From positions 1 through 64,000 of the forward strand of contig NMRA01000023.1 in NCBI GenBank assembly GCA_002633005.1: DNA of 64,000 bases. The letters are read 5' to 3'. Origin of the DNA: Phoronis australis. Its lineage: Eukaryota; Animalia; Phoronida. Positions within the stretch are counted from its first letter, which is position 1, and each line of letters starts with the position of its first letter. Both the position numbers and the translations under genes were made by a program. Shown piece by piece: positions 56,801 to 63,149 of the stretch. A model generated the notes under the pieces. That model was not told the origin of the DNA, made no database searches, and worked only from the letters and a program-made list of their open reading frames with translations.

Positions 56801-59800
56801 TACACCGGTGATTTGTTTCAAGATTGAATGTTTTTTAAGTTGTTTTTCTGGTCGCTTGGAGAGTCTGAAGAACATAATCATTCAATATTGTGTCAGATTT
56901 TGTTCAGTGCCTGATCAAACAAATTAGGGAACAATGAATGTAAGTATTTATCATTAAATAAGAGGGATTCAATGACTACGTCATACATTGTGTTATTTAC
57001 CATTTAATAAGAGGGTCTCAATAACTACGTTGTCCATTGTGTTATTTTATTATTGAGTAGGAATATACGCACAAAAATAAACCTGGGCTGGGTTGCATAA
57101 AACTTCAAAATTATCCGCTGCATAAGTTTGATTGTTGCGTGACGTCGGGTGTATTGTTCAACAATACTGAACAACGTGAAGCGTGATAATGCGACGTCAT
57201 TGTTGCTATACCGCGTATACCTTTTATGCAACTGAGTCTTTCAGATAATAAATAGCGCTTTCCGTTTAAGACAATTCAAGCATATGGGCACTGCACTGAC
57301 CGGTCTTCAGTGCAGGCTGTAGTTCTGAATGCAGCTGAGACCCCGGTGACCCAGCTAGCACTCATATTGTAGACTGTTAATTCCTGAAGTTTCAATTGTA
57401 CTGATTTATTGTAACTTGATCTGCAGACAGCATTAGTGTCTTCGCCACACACACATGTTGCCAGTTAATAGCCTGGGTGTCTATCAAAGAGTTTTTATGT
57501 TCGATCAGGGTAAGCGTGTGCAATCATATATACTCGTACAGTCTATGGTGCAATGAGATAAACTAGCCGTTACCTGTGCTTTCGCACGTTCAACCAAGCC
57601 CATGAATAGTGCCGGTGCCATCAAACCTGATGAGCCGAGGACTTCACTGGATACTCTGAGGTAAACAGTACACGCTTTCCATGCGCGCACCCGCCTAGAG
57701 GGGCTTGGGGGAGGAGCTCGAACTAGCCCCCCCTTGGGCGGAGTGGGCAACTAGGTCCGCCTCAGAAAAACAAAATCTCCGAAAAAAGTAGAAATCGAGA
57801 CGAAAGTCCACTAAAAAGACATTTATTAATTCAACCAACCATTACATACTTGTGCAGCAATATGAAAACTAGTTAAGTGTACATCAAACAAATTTCGAAC
57901 ATTACCGAACCCTATAAAAAGCTAGTTAGGCAAAAATGAAGACCACCTTGCCTGAAATCTCCCAGGATCCAATTTATCATTGCAAATAATTTTTCCAGGT
58001 TGTGGTAATCACATACCTCACGTAAAAATGACTGAAAATTAGGCTTAGCCTTTTGCAGTCTTTGCCTATGTAAGTGAAATTTCGCTAAGCAAAGAATTAA
58101 ATTTACAACTTCTAATCTACAGACTAGATCTCCAAACAAGGCGGAAGACATATTTAACTGCAGAGGGAAATCGCACTGATATATCATCCATGTTTTTAAA
58201 CATCCCCAAAACTTCTGAACAAGTGAACACTCCCGATACAAATGTAGAATCGTTTCTTCTTGTTGCCCACAGAAAGAACATAAAGACGATTCACTAACAC
58301 CTATTTTCTTTAAATATGAGTTTGTACCAATAAGTCTGTGGTTGATACGGAATTGAAATCATCTGAGTCTGACATCAGAAGTACAATGATAAATTACAGA
58401 ATGAATTTTTTCGAAGACTGAGTATCATCGCATAAGTTAATTTCTCTCCCCCACTTCAATTCCGCGACAGGTTTTTCATACAATTTGGAAATGAATAATT
58501 CATACATTTTCCCCGTCCCTTTATTTTTCGAGGAGATTCGAAAAATAGGTTCTGGAAAAAGTGGAGTGACTATAGTACTCTTGTCTCTTGGGTGATTCTA
58601 AGAACTAAGTTTTGAACTTCGAATTCCATAAAAATGAGTAATGCAAGGACAAAATTGAAAACGAGAACAAAAGGTATGATAATCATAAAGATATTCTTTA
58701 TCAGGGTCAATTAAATCGTATACGTACCGTACACCACTCATTCCAAAAAGTTGGACTACTGTCTATACAAATTTTGGGGTTACACCACAAAGGGTGGTAC
58801 AAAGGGTCATCTATCTCACAAAGATTGATGAATTCGTATAAGATATAAAAAATATCATTCCAAAAATATTCTTAGTACTGTTAGCTGCTTCAAGGAAAAA
58901 ACAAGAGCCTAACTGAAAAGAGTCATTTTTTATATTAGGAATAATTTCACATAAAATATTTAGCCAAGGAGAAGTATTATTATAATAATTTTTGAAGAAT
59001 CTTCGAATCCAAGTCAGTTTAATAACTTTGACAAATGACGCAATATGGACCATATTCCCATCTCCATCTACTCCGTGAATTTTAGTAAAAGGTCCACATT
59101 CTCGAAAATTCGAGCCCCCTCATTTTTTTAGGCTGGGTGCGCTTATGCTTTCTCGCCCACTTGCGTGCAAATCCTGGTGGCCTAAGATTTGCCCAATAAT
59201 GTGACCAACTAAAAGAGGGTTTTCAAAAATTTGTTCGATGCTGATTTCGTAGAGTTCCATGCATATTTGACAGTAGAAAATTCTGAGCAAACCGATTTTT
59301 AAAGTCCAACCTCTATGTTCTATTACAGTGAGTGGTGATCGAGGAACACTCAAGGGCCTGTGGATAGTCAGCAAAATTTTAACTTCAAAGTAGACTATTT
59401 AAAAATTGAGTGAGGGTGTGAAAAAAAAGGACACCACAGAACAATTTCTATTCGTCTTGCAAACACGCCGATGCTTAAATTACAATTGAAGGAATTCTAG
59501 TGGTTGGTACCGCTACATCAGACTAGTAACTACAGAAATAGACGCAGTACAGGCTTGTAGAAAATTACGGCGCCGTGGTGGACTGAGAAATTTTCAAAAA
59601 TTTTGTTGTTTGGAAAGTTGGGAAATTTTGCGATTCTTATTTTTTATATGAACGTGGAGACAAATCACCTACCTTAATAATATGAGTTACGTTCTGCGCC
59701 CCGAGGATGTCCGAATCCGATTTGTACATGTAGTGATAATCTATCCCGGGTAAAAACCTCACGTTAAACGACGATATGTGACCACATTCTGCACCAGAAA

Positions 59801-59840
59801 GTAGCCAATATGTCGCGCAGATTACGACCATCAAATTCAT
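2642..59840 (-). CDS. Large secreted vitellogenin/MTP-like LLT-domain protein with LECT2/M23-like and SAP-like segments; 31 exons, 3'-partial (at least ~1597 aa)
   Basis: 31 exons with canonical GT/AG sites and consistent phases join into one stop-free frame of 4792 nt. The product has an N-terminal hydrophobic signal, LLT-type motifs (KPFLF...[10 protein letters not shown]; LHALGNAA) and LECT2-like motifs ([20 protein letters not shown]). No stop codon or further exon was found in 1-2641. Confidence 0.85.
3114..3211. repeat. 31-bp minisatellite x3
   Basis: Unit gttagaatgaaggtcactaaataaggtttga. Confidence 0.9.
3276..4185. mobile_element. Non-autonomous TIR element (Tc1/mariner-pogo-like) containing a 63-bp minisatellite
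   Basis: Imperfect ~37-bp TIRs (tatagcccagcaatcaggcgcacgtgcctagatgcg / cgcatataggtgcatgcacctaattacggggctata). Confidence 0.5.
3821..4077. repeat. 63-bp minisatellite x4
   Basis: Perfect copies; produces the spurious repetitive ORF 3851..4117. Confidence 0.95.
5292..5437 (-). CDS. Exon 30 ([49 protein letters not shown])
   Basis: Acceptor ttctttcag, donor AAT|gtaaga; phase 1 to 0. Confidence 0.8.
6008..6229 (-). CDS. Exon 29 ([31 protein letters not shown]...FMCGIEN)
   Basis: Acceptor ttattgcag, donor G|gtacgt; phase 1 to 1. Confidence 0.78.
6905..7900 (+). repeat. Modular interspersed repeat (HINE-like), copy 2
   Basis: Same ~140-bp modules; ends in a GACA-type microsatellite (cagacaccagacgccagcggacagaca). 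Confidence 0.55.
8164..8379 (-). CDS. Exon 28, Cys-rich ([34 protein letters not shown]...MKLS)
   Basis: Acceptor catttctag, donor G|gtgagt; lies within ORF 8126..8512. Confidence 0.85.
8529..8643. repeat. 23-bp minisatellite x5
   Basis: Unit tttgtgaagggtgagcctatatg. Confidence 0.9.
9253..9424. repeat. (GTTGATGTCTAT)n x~14
   Basis: Direct inspection. Confidence 0.95.
9643..10431 (+). mobile_element. Penelope-like element 3' fragment (GIY-YIG endonuclease C-terminus)
   Basis: Degenerate translation [26 protein letters not shown]...PSLNRQGG; inverted copy of the 3' end (about 9683-9714 vs 10394-10425); flanking GTGTAAGAT direct repeat at 9634-9642 and 10432-10440. Confidence 0.75.
9775..9927. 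repeat. 19-bp minisatellite (aaacccatcaacaccacac) x8 inside the Penelope fragment
   Basis: Direct inspection. Confidence 0.95.
11539..11670 (-). CDS. Exon 27, SAP-like motif ([44 protein letters not shown])
   Basis: Acceptor tttgttacag, donor A|gtaggt; phase 1 to 1. The donor was chosen to fit the phase of exon 28. Confidence 0.75.
12643..13288 (+). mobile_element. Solo LTR (Gypsy-like)
   Basis: Ends TGTAAC...GTTACA; 4-bp TSD CTTT at 12639-12642 and 13289-13292; AATAAA at 13181. Confidence 0.75.
13754..14018. repeat. 39-bp minisatellite x~7
   Basis: Unit gtcaggatggctatacgtaacaat(ac/ca)acagacaatggat. Confidence 0.95.
16000..16530. repeat. Degenerate ~37-bp minisatellite with a 130-bp higher-order duplication
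   Basis: Unit tgtaaaggtaggtacaccagacttcagtgtttggaca; 16140-16269 recurs from 16270. Confidence 0.85.
16593..16738 (-). CDS. Exon 26 ([49 protein letters not shown])
   Basis: Acceptor gtatttcag, donor G|gtgaga; phase 2 to 1. Confidence 0.82.
16757..16910. repeat. ~43-bp minisatellite x~3.5 next to the exon 26 acceptor
   Basis: Unit tacaattcaggcgccaacaaatgaataacacagtgaataatca. Confidence 0.85.
16939..17398. repeat. Long inverted repeat with ~190-bp arms, Penelope pLTR-like
   Basis: 16939-17130 is the near reverse complement of 17204-17398; contains a gatgatg...gacgaaacgttg terminus typical of Penelope; flanked by direct repeat atgctttgtatc(t/c)aacaatg at 16918-16937 and 17431-17450. Confidence 0.75.
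17465..17697. repeat. 17-bp minisatellite (gttgcacctaccaacaa) x~14
   Basis: Direct inspection. Confidence 0.95.
18237..18362 (-). CDS. Exon 25 ([41 protein letters not shown])
   Basis: Acceptor ttttttgcag, donor GA|gtaagt; phase 2 to 2. Confidence 0.82.
18885..19750 (-). mobile_element. CR1/L2-group LINE 3' fragment (RT C-terminus) with (TAAA)n tail
   Basis: [50 protein letters not shown]; frameshifted; tail at about 18885-18908. Confidence 0.85.
19959..20089 (-). CDS. Exon 24 ([44 protein letters not shown])
   Basis: Acceptor attttgcag, donor AG|gtaagc; phase 0 to 2. Confidence 0.82.
20200..20434. repeat. ~68-bp minisatellite x~3.4
   Basis: Unit ggtcaaggaa..gagcatcacgcgcacactatcctaaccctaactagtaagaattaagatttact. 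Confidence 0.85.
20865..24425 (+). repeat. Modular interspersed repeat (HINE-like), copy 3; interrupted at about 21170-22200
   Basis: At least 12 diverged ~140-150-bp modules, each with gccactag(g/a)(g/t)ggc and gccaaatttca. Confidence 0.6.
21395..21718. repeat. ~31-bp purine-rich minisatellite x~10
   Basis: Unit aagtaggaactgtgaagtgaaaagtagga(t/a)a. Confidence 0.9.
24570..24801 (-). CDS. Exon 23 ([20 protein letters not shown]...[19 protein letters not shown])
   Basis: Acceptor ttcaacag, donor CAG|gtaaga; VKAGEPIG and DPTKY are M23/LECT2-type motifs. Confidence 0.85.
25497..25772. repeat. ~41-bp minisatellite x~7 next to the exon 22 donor
   Basis: Unit aacttgggctgaatctggccaaacagagatg(c/t)aatatatat. 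Confidence 0.9.
25783..25910 (-). CDS. Exon 22 ([43 protein letters not shown])
   Basis: Acceptor attttgtag, donor TC|gtaagt; IVAPVTG resembles M23/LECT2 'VYAPFTG'. Confidence 0.85.
26085..26300. repeat. 15-bp minisatellite (gtaactgtcactacg) x~14
   Basis: Direct inspection; produces spurious Thr/Val-rich ORFs. Confidence 0.95.
29040..29229 (-). CDS. Exon 21, start of LECT2/M23-like domain ([25 protein letters not shown]...[15 protein letters not shown])
   Basis: Acceptor ctctgcag, donor AAG|gtaagt; phase 2 to 0. Confidence 0.85.
29620..29777 (-). CDS. Exon 20 ([53 protein letters not shown])
   Basis: Acceptor tcattctag, donor CT|gtaagt; phase 0 to 2; amphipathic helix pattern. Confidence 0.85.
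30245..30735. mobile_element. MITE with ~65-bp TIRs inserted in a minisatellite
   Basis: TIRs cagcctcatccccaagcctcaggatggcgctgatc... / ...gatcagcgccatcttgaggtttggacacgagactg; flanking AAGCTCT at 30238-30244 and 30736-30742. Confidence 0.75.
30863..31094 (-). CDS. Exon 19 ([34 protein letters not shown]...ATGLKGM)
   Basis: Acceptor taacccag, donor ATG|gtaagt; phase 2 to 0. Confidence 0.8.
31221..32604 (-). mobile_element. hAT-like non-autonomous element with a C2H2/BED-type zinc finger relic
   Basis: TIRs cagggcttggaat / attcgaagccttg; flanking GTAAAT on both sides; minus-strand relic [26 protein letters not shown]. Confidence 0.55.
32920..33062 (-). CDS. Exon 18 ([48 protein letters not shown])
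   Basis: Acceptor gctttcag, donor AG|gtacat; phase 0 to 2. Confidence 0.8.
33527..33718 (-). CDS. Exon 17 ([27 protein letters not shown]...DIENFVT)
   Basis: Acceptor ttttttgtag, donor ACG|gtaata; overlaps ORF 33500..33688. Confidence 0.85.
34371..34511 (-). CDS. Exon 16 ([47 protein letters not shown])
   Basis: Acceptor cattttcag, donor CAA|gtaagt; phase 0 to 0. Confidence 0.85.
36375..37450 (+). repeat. Modular interspersed repeat (HINE-like), copy 4
   Basis: Starts aaaacaagagca; same modules; gatgacagtat end shared with about 24383. Confidence 0.55.
37521..37666 (-). CDS. Exon 15 ([49 protein letters not shown])
   Basis: Acceptor atgtttcag, donor TCG|gtaatg; phase 1 to 0. Confidence 0.8.
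38161..38342 (-). CDS. Exon 14 ([60 protein letters not shown])
   Basis: Acceptor tcttttcag, donor C|gtgagt; phase 2 to 1; contains RDKR. Confidence 0.85.
39747..39877 (-). CDS. Exon 13 ([44 protein letters not shown])
   Basis: Acceptor ttattgaag, donor AG|gtacag; VRQQAY resembles LLT 'E.R.AA'. Confidence 0.8.
40024..40162. repeat. 24-bp minisatellite x~6
   Basis: Unit cactgtctagggtgggactctcct. Confidence 0.95.
40415..40611 (-). CDS. Exon 12 ([32 protein letters not shown]...MKFYPHDE)
   Basis: Acceptor gttttcag, donor GAG|gtaagg; LHALGNAA matches the vitellogenin/MTP L(K/R)ALGNAG motif; contains RTKR. Confidence 0.88.
43160..43318 (-). CDS. Exon 11 ([53 protein letters not shown])
   Basis: Acceptor tgaatag, donor G|gtaagc; ACLTVGSMA resembles LLT 'A.L..G.L...'. 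Confidence 0.8.
43563..43617 (-). CDS. Exon 10 ([18 protein letters not shown])
   Basis: Acceptor cgtttcag, donor G|gtaaga; phase 0 to 1. Confidence 0.8.
43994..44283 (-). CDS. Exon 9, alpha-helical LLT region ([16 protein letters not shown]...[10 protein letters not shown])
   Basis: Acceptor ttattgtag, donor GAG|gtgagt; lies within ORF 43970..44323; [17 protein letters not shown] resembles LLT 'L.D.L...GT..S'. Confidence 0.85.
44488..44575 (-). CDS. Exon 8 ([29 protein letters not shown])
   Basis: Acceptor tttcttccag, donor A|gtatgt; phase 0 to 1 bridges exons 7 and 9. Confidence 0.75.
44625..44958. repeat. 22-bp minisatellite (aagcaagtattgttacaatctc) x~15
   Basis: Direct inspection; explains ORFs 44348..44980, 44373..44960 and 44656..45120. 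Confidence 0.95.
45250..45371 (-). CDS. Exon 7 ([41 protein letters not shown])
   Basis: Acceptor tttccgccag, donor CAG|gttagt; phase 1 to 0. Confidence 0.75.
45792..46009. repeat. 43-bp minisatellite x5 overlapping the exon 6 donor
   Basis: aactcaccac at 45819, 45862, 45905, 45948 and 45991. Confidence 0.95.
45998..46145 (-). CDS. Exon 6 ([49 protein letters not shown])
   Basis: Acceptor ctcttctag, donor G|gtgagt; phase 0 to 1; overlaps ORF 45960..46142. Confidence 0.8.
46873..47019 (-). CDS. Exon 5 ([49 protein letters not shown])
   Basis: Acceptor ttttgtag, donor AAG|gtaact; phase 0 to 0; [12 protein letters not shown] resembles the LLT E-x-D-x-x-G-x-C-x-x-x-Y motif without the Cys. Confidence 0.8.
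50280..50457. mobile_element. Palindromic MITE (internally duplicated hairpin) with 8-bp TSD
   Basis: TIR CACAGGCGTCTTCAGCTT; TSD ATCCTTGG at 50272-50279 and 50458-50465; empty paralogous site at 52320-52327. Confidence 0.85.
50764..50884 (-). CDS. Exon 4 ([40 protein letters not shown])
   Basis: Acceptor taatccag, donor CCG|gtaggt; resembles the Vitellogenin_N 'PF.F....G.I.......E...N(I/L)K(R/K)G(I/L).SLL' segment. Confidence 0.85.
51363..51399 (-). CDS. Exon 3, 37 nt ([13 protein letters not shown])
   Basis: Acceptor tatttttcag, donor CC|gtaagt; phase 1 to 2 bridges exons 2 and 4 and gives the LLT-typical DLTKPFLF. Confidence 0.75.
52120..52260. repeat. Inverted repeat (~57-bp arms); the right arm is also present at about 50150-50218
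   Basis: gatcaactgaaattttc.gatgtaataacgtcctttgtcaacagaaacagaaataaag versus its reverse complement at 52203-52260. Confidence 0.8.
52864..52963 (-). CDS. Exon 2 ([33 protein letters not shown])
   Basis: Acceptor gtattccag, donor G|gtaaga; phase 0 to 1; open frame. Confidence 0.8.
53550..53900 (+). mobile_element. Degenerate L1/Tx1-type LINE 3' fragment
   Basis: [20 protein letters not shown] parallels [21 protein letters not shown] in the element at 57820-59075. Confidence 0.5.
54034..56437 (-). mobile_element. Truncated, degenerate Gypsy-type LTR retrotransposon (5' LTR, gag, protease)
   Basis: LTR 56437 to 55333 bounded by TGCCAG...CTGGCA and followed by PBS-like TGGCAGCAGCGG; frameshifted gag ([27 protein letters not shown]...; [23 protein letters not shown]); protease-like [12 protein letters not shown]...[12 protein letters not shown]. 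Confidence 0.8.
55453..55999 (-). mobile_element. Non-autonomous miniature LTR retroelement (TRIM) with tRNA-like A/B boxes in both LTRs
   Basis: Direct repeats 55453-55604 and 55848-55999 (152 bp, about 9 mismatches, TG...CA ends); TSD TAAT at 55449-55452 and 56000-56003; PBS TGGCGTAGTTGGCA at 55832-55845; PPT AGGGAAGGGGGGAA at 55605-55618. Confidence 0.88.
57680..59147 (-). mobile_element. Second copy of the same MITE family in opposite orientation, interrupted by the L1/Tx1 fragment
   Basis: Ends catgcgcgcaccc / ctgggtgcgcttatg; TSD CTTTC at 57675-57679 and 59148-59152; 57715-57770 is similar to the reverse complement of 61162-61225. Confidence 0.7.
57820..59075 (-). mobile_element. L1/Tx1-type LINE 3' fragment (zf-RVT region)
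   Basis: [33 protein letters not shown]...[18 protein letters not shown]...[14 protein letters not shown]. Confidence 0.85.
59673..59840 (-). CDS. Exon 1: signal peptide and start of LLT domain ([56 protein letters not shown])
   Basis: ATG at 59840; hydrophobic leader; [11 protein letters not shown] resembles the F-x-x-G-x-x-Y-x-Y start of Vitellogenin_N; donor AAG|gtaggt, phase 0. Confidence 0.85.
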
Positions 59841-60784
59841 GACGAACTGACGGCCGAAGCAAACGTCTGAGATAGCAATATTCTCAGTTATGTTTTTTGC
59901 TGTCAGATATTGCTGCTCACCGACGCGTCACTTCAAACTATGACTACCTCCCCTAAAAGGCATTATAATATACTGTATACGTTTGGTTGCTTCCGTCTTA
60001 CAATAGAACCGTACAATACTAAACAATGACGCACTTTGCATAAATGGTCTAGAAAAGAATCAAACTTTCTCAAGATGCATATTTTTTCAGTCAAACGAAG
60101 ACTGTAATAAACACTACTGATTTGTGATGTGTTTAGTTCATGAATCTTTACTATAGTAACTATGTGAGTACAAACTGCAATTTAATCGTTCGTCATTTGA
60201 TATGCAACAAGTGTGTGTCAAGGTTTTCCGTGTCTATGATTGGCTCTAAACCATTTCAAACAGTGTAAAAAGGCTCAAAGGTTTTTGTAACGAGATTATT
60301 GAACTAACGCATGCAATTGCAAAATCAACATTAATTGTGTACAAAGGCCTTCATTCGTTCATCTACGCAGCTATTTTCTCTCTGAAAACACGATGGAGTT
60401 TAAAATATTAAAGGGATACCAAATCCGGTTTTGGCTTCTACAGCGAGATTCGCCACTGCAAACGCAATGCATCATTTTCATTTTATTTTATTTAGCTTAC
60501 ACACATTTATTACAAACAAAATGGCGACTCATAAGTAAAAATGAGACACCAAACTAAATAAACAAGATAAGAAATTGGTAATACATGAAAAAGTGTGCTC
60601 GATCATAAAATAAAATCAGAATACAAAAACTTGCTTCGACGGTAAACTCTTACAATGTCGGGAAAAATGATTGGAGGACAGGTAGAACATAGACGTTTCT
60701 AGAACACAGAGATCTGTCTAAGGTTTTGTAAGACCCTAGAAAACTATTCAAATTTGACTAACTTTAGAACATCATATCTCAGAA

Positions 60785-60895
60785 ATGGCTCATCGCGTTC
60801 CTATGAATGGCTCATCGTGTTCCTATGAATGGCTCATCGTGTTCCTATGAATGGCTCATCGTGTTCCTATGAACGGCTCATCGTGTTCCTATGAA
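60785..60895. repeat. 22-bp minisatellite x5
   Basis: Unit tggctcatcgtgttcctatgaa. Confidence 0.9.
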
Positions 60896-61001
60896 TCTTT
60901 CACATACCATGCATTATGCGCTGATTTCCACAACTCTTACAGGAATGGTTTTTGAAATGATCCACCCACTTAATCGACTTGCACGCGGCTTTAAATTGAG
61001 A

Positions 61002-61243
61002 CATGCGCGCACCCAGCCTTCAATATGGGGGGCTCGAATTTCTAACGTTGTGTATCTTTTGGTAACAAAAAAGCATGTGGACTAAAGAAAAAACGGGGCA
61101 CCACTGTGAATTGCGCGACTGTGCTTATTTAGAGGACTTTTGTCTCATTTTCTCGGACGTTTCGTTTCTCAGAGGCGGACCTTTTTGCCCAGTTCGTCAA
61201 ATGGGGGGGGGGACTAGTTCGAGCCCAACTGGGTGCGCGCATG
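61002..61243 (+). mobile_element. MITE with 15-bp TIR CATGCGCGCACCCAG and 5-bp TSD
   Basis: Perfect TIRs; TGAGA at 60997-61001 and 61244-61248. Confidence 0.8.
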
Positions 61244-62011
61244 TGAGAATTGATAAAAGATTTTGTATTCGTATATACATCCGATACATTCAATATTGTA
61301 TCAGATGCTATGTTTCTTACACAAGTACACTCTCACACACACACTCAGGGGCTCCATCTATAAATTAGAATATTCGCAACTTTTGTAGAATAAGTTTTTG
61401 CAACACTCAAAATTTTTCTTTTAAGTGTCGGACACAAGGCTCAAGACTCGTTATTCTCCGGTGATGTAAATGATATTTACCAAGAATTAATGTTAAATTA
61501 AGTTCATGTGATTCTGAAAACTTGCCAAAGATTAAATCCGGGCATGAGGAATTTGTGGATAAATTCGCTATTTATTTACTAACATACCAAAATGGACGTA
61601 CAAATTCATAAGGCCAGTGCAGACGGACAATATTCTCTAGTTCTTTTCAACACACAATTGTACGTTGCAAGTATCAGAGCCTTAAACTGTGTGTAAAAGG
61701 AATTTAAAACTATTTCAATTTTGTATTAATGATGAAATTTATGAAGCAGTTATGTGCTTTTTTACACATTCATCAGTCAGCTGCCATGTTTTACCCAGTA
61801 GATGGATGGGCGCAGGTTGTCACTGTGCTAATAGCGATGATAGACTGAAGACTGGGTCGAGTTAACTTTATTAATCTCCACTCAAACAAAACGACCAACG
61901 TAATGTTTGTTCTATACTACAGCCAGTGCTGCGAAGCCTTGACTTGTAGTGAACTTCTGAGACACGTTCAGCAACTGTTACACTCGTCGAGCTGACACTC
62001 CTTTAACTAAC

Positions 62012-62479
62012 GCAGTAACTACAGATATATACTGTGACAGATCTAGGATGTTTAGACTATTGTTCAATATGCAGTAACTACAGATATATACTATGACAGA
62101 TCTAGGATGTTTAGACTATTGTTCAATATGCAGTAACTACAGACATATACTATGACAGATCTAAGATGTTTAGACTATTGTTCAATATGCAGTAACTACA
62201 GACGTGTACTATGACAGATCTAGGATGTTTAGACTATTGTTCAATATGCAGTAACTACAGACATATATTATGACAGATCTAGGATGTTTAGACTATTGTT
62301 CAATATGCAGTAACTACAGATATATACTATGACGGATCTAGGATGTTTAGACTATTTTTCAATATGCAGTAACTACAGACATATACTTTGACGGATCTAG
62401 GATGTTTAGACTATTGTTCAATATGCAGTAACTACAGATATATACTATGACGGATCTAGGATGTTTAGACTATTGTTCA
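62012..62479. repeat. 59-bp minisatellite x8
   Basis: Unit gcagtaactacagatatatactatgacagatctaggatgtttagactattgttcaatat. Confidence 0.95.
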
Positions 62480-63149
62480 GTATTAATCACTAATTAACTG
62501 TAACCTTCTTGAATGTTCTCTAATATGTTGGAAACAAATTACCCCTGACCTGACATGATGGGTCATATCAATCAAGTGCTGTCAGCTAGTTTATAAATAG
62601 AATAGCAAAGTAAATCTTATAGAACTAAGAACAGTGTGACCCGAATGTACTTCTGGCAAGTACCAATCCCCAAATTTTGTTTTTATGCAGTTGGGTTATT
62701 AAAGAACCATAAATAAATTAATTTGCCTTCTTGCAGAAGAAGATAGTAGAAAAAGTTTTAAAAAATAGGTAAGATAAGATTAAACGGATCAAAATTGGTG
62801 TCTTTTTAATATGTTTGTAGAATTTTTCTTAAGCTGAAAAATTCGGAAATTGGTGGAAAAATCCATTAGAGAAATCAACAGTAAAGACTGCGTCGTCAGC
62901 TTATGTCAGTGGGTCATGACACCAGTTATTTTCGCTTTTTCTCCGGCGCCGAGCTGAACCGACAAACACTAGTATTGATGGTTACTCAAGTATACAGATT
63001 TAAAGAAAAAATAACAATAAAGACTGTGTCGTCAGTGTAATGCATTTTTTATTTTAGTGTGTCACCAGCGCCGAGCTGGGCTGACATACAACGTTATTGG
63101 TTGTTACTCAAGTAAACAATGTTATTGGTTGTAACTCAAGTAAACAATT

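Noticed and set aside
2642-59840. Naming the gene vitellogenin, MTP, apoB or LECT2
   Set aside because: Only domain-level resemblance; no VWD domain seen and the architecture differs, so no gene symbol was assigned
59900-59990. TATA-like TATTATAA and CRE-like TGACGCGTC upstream of the ATG as a promoter
   Set aside because: Short motifs expected by chance in AT-rich DNA; the transcription start is unknown
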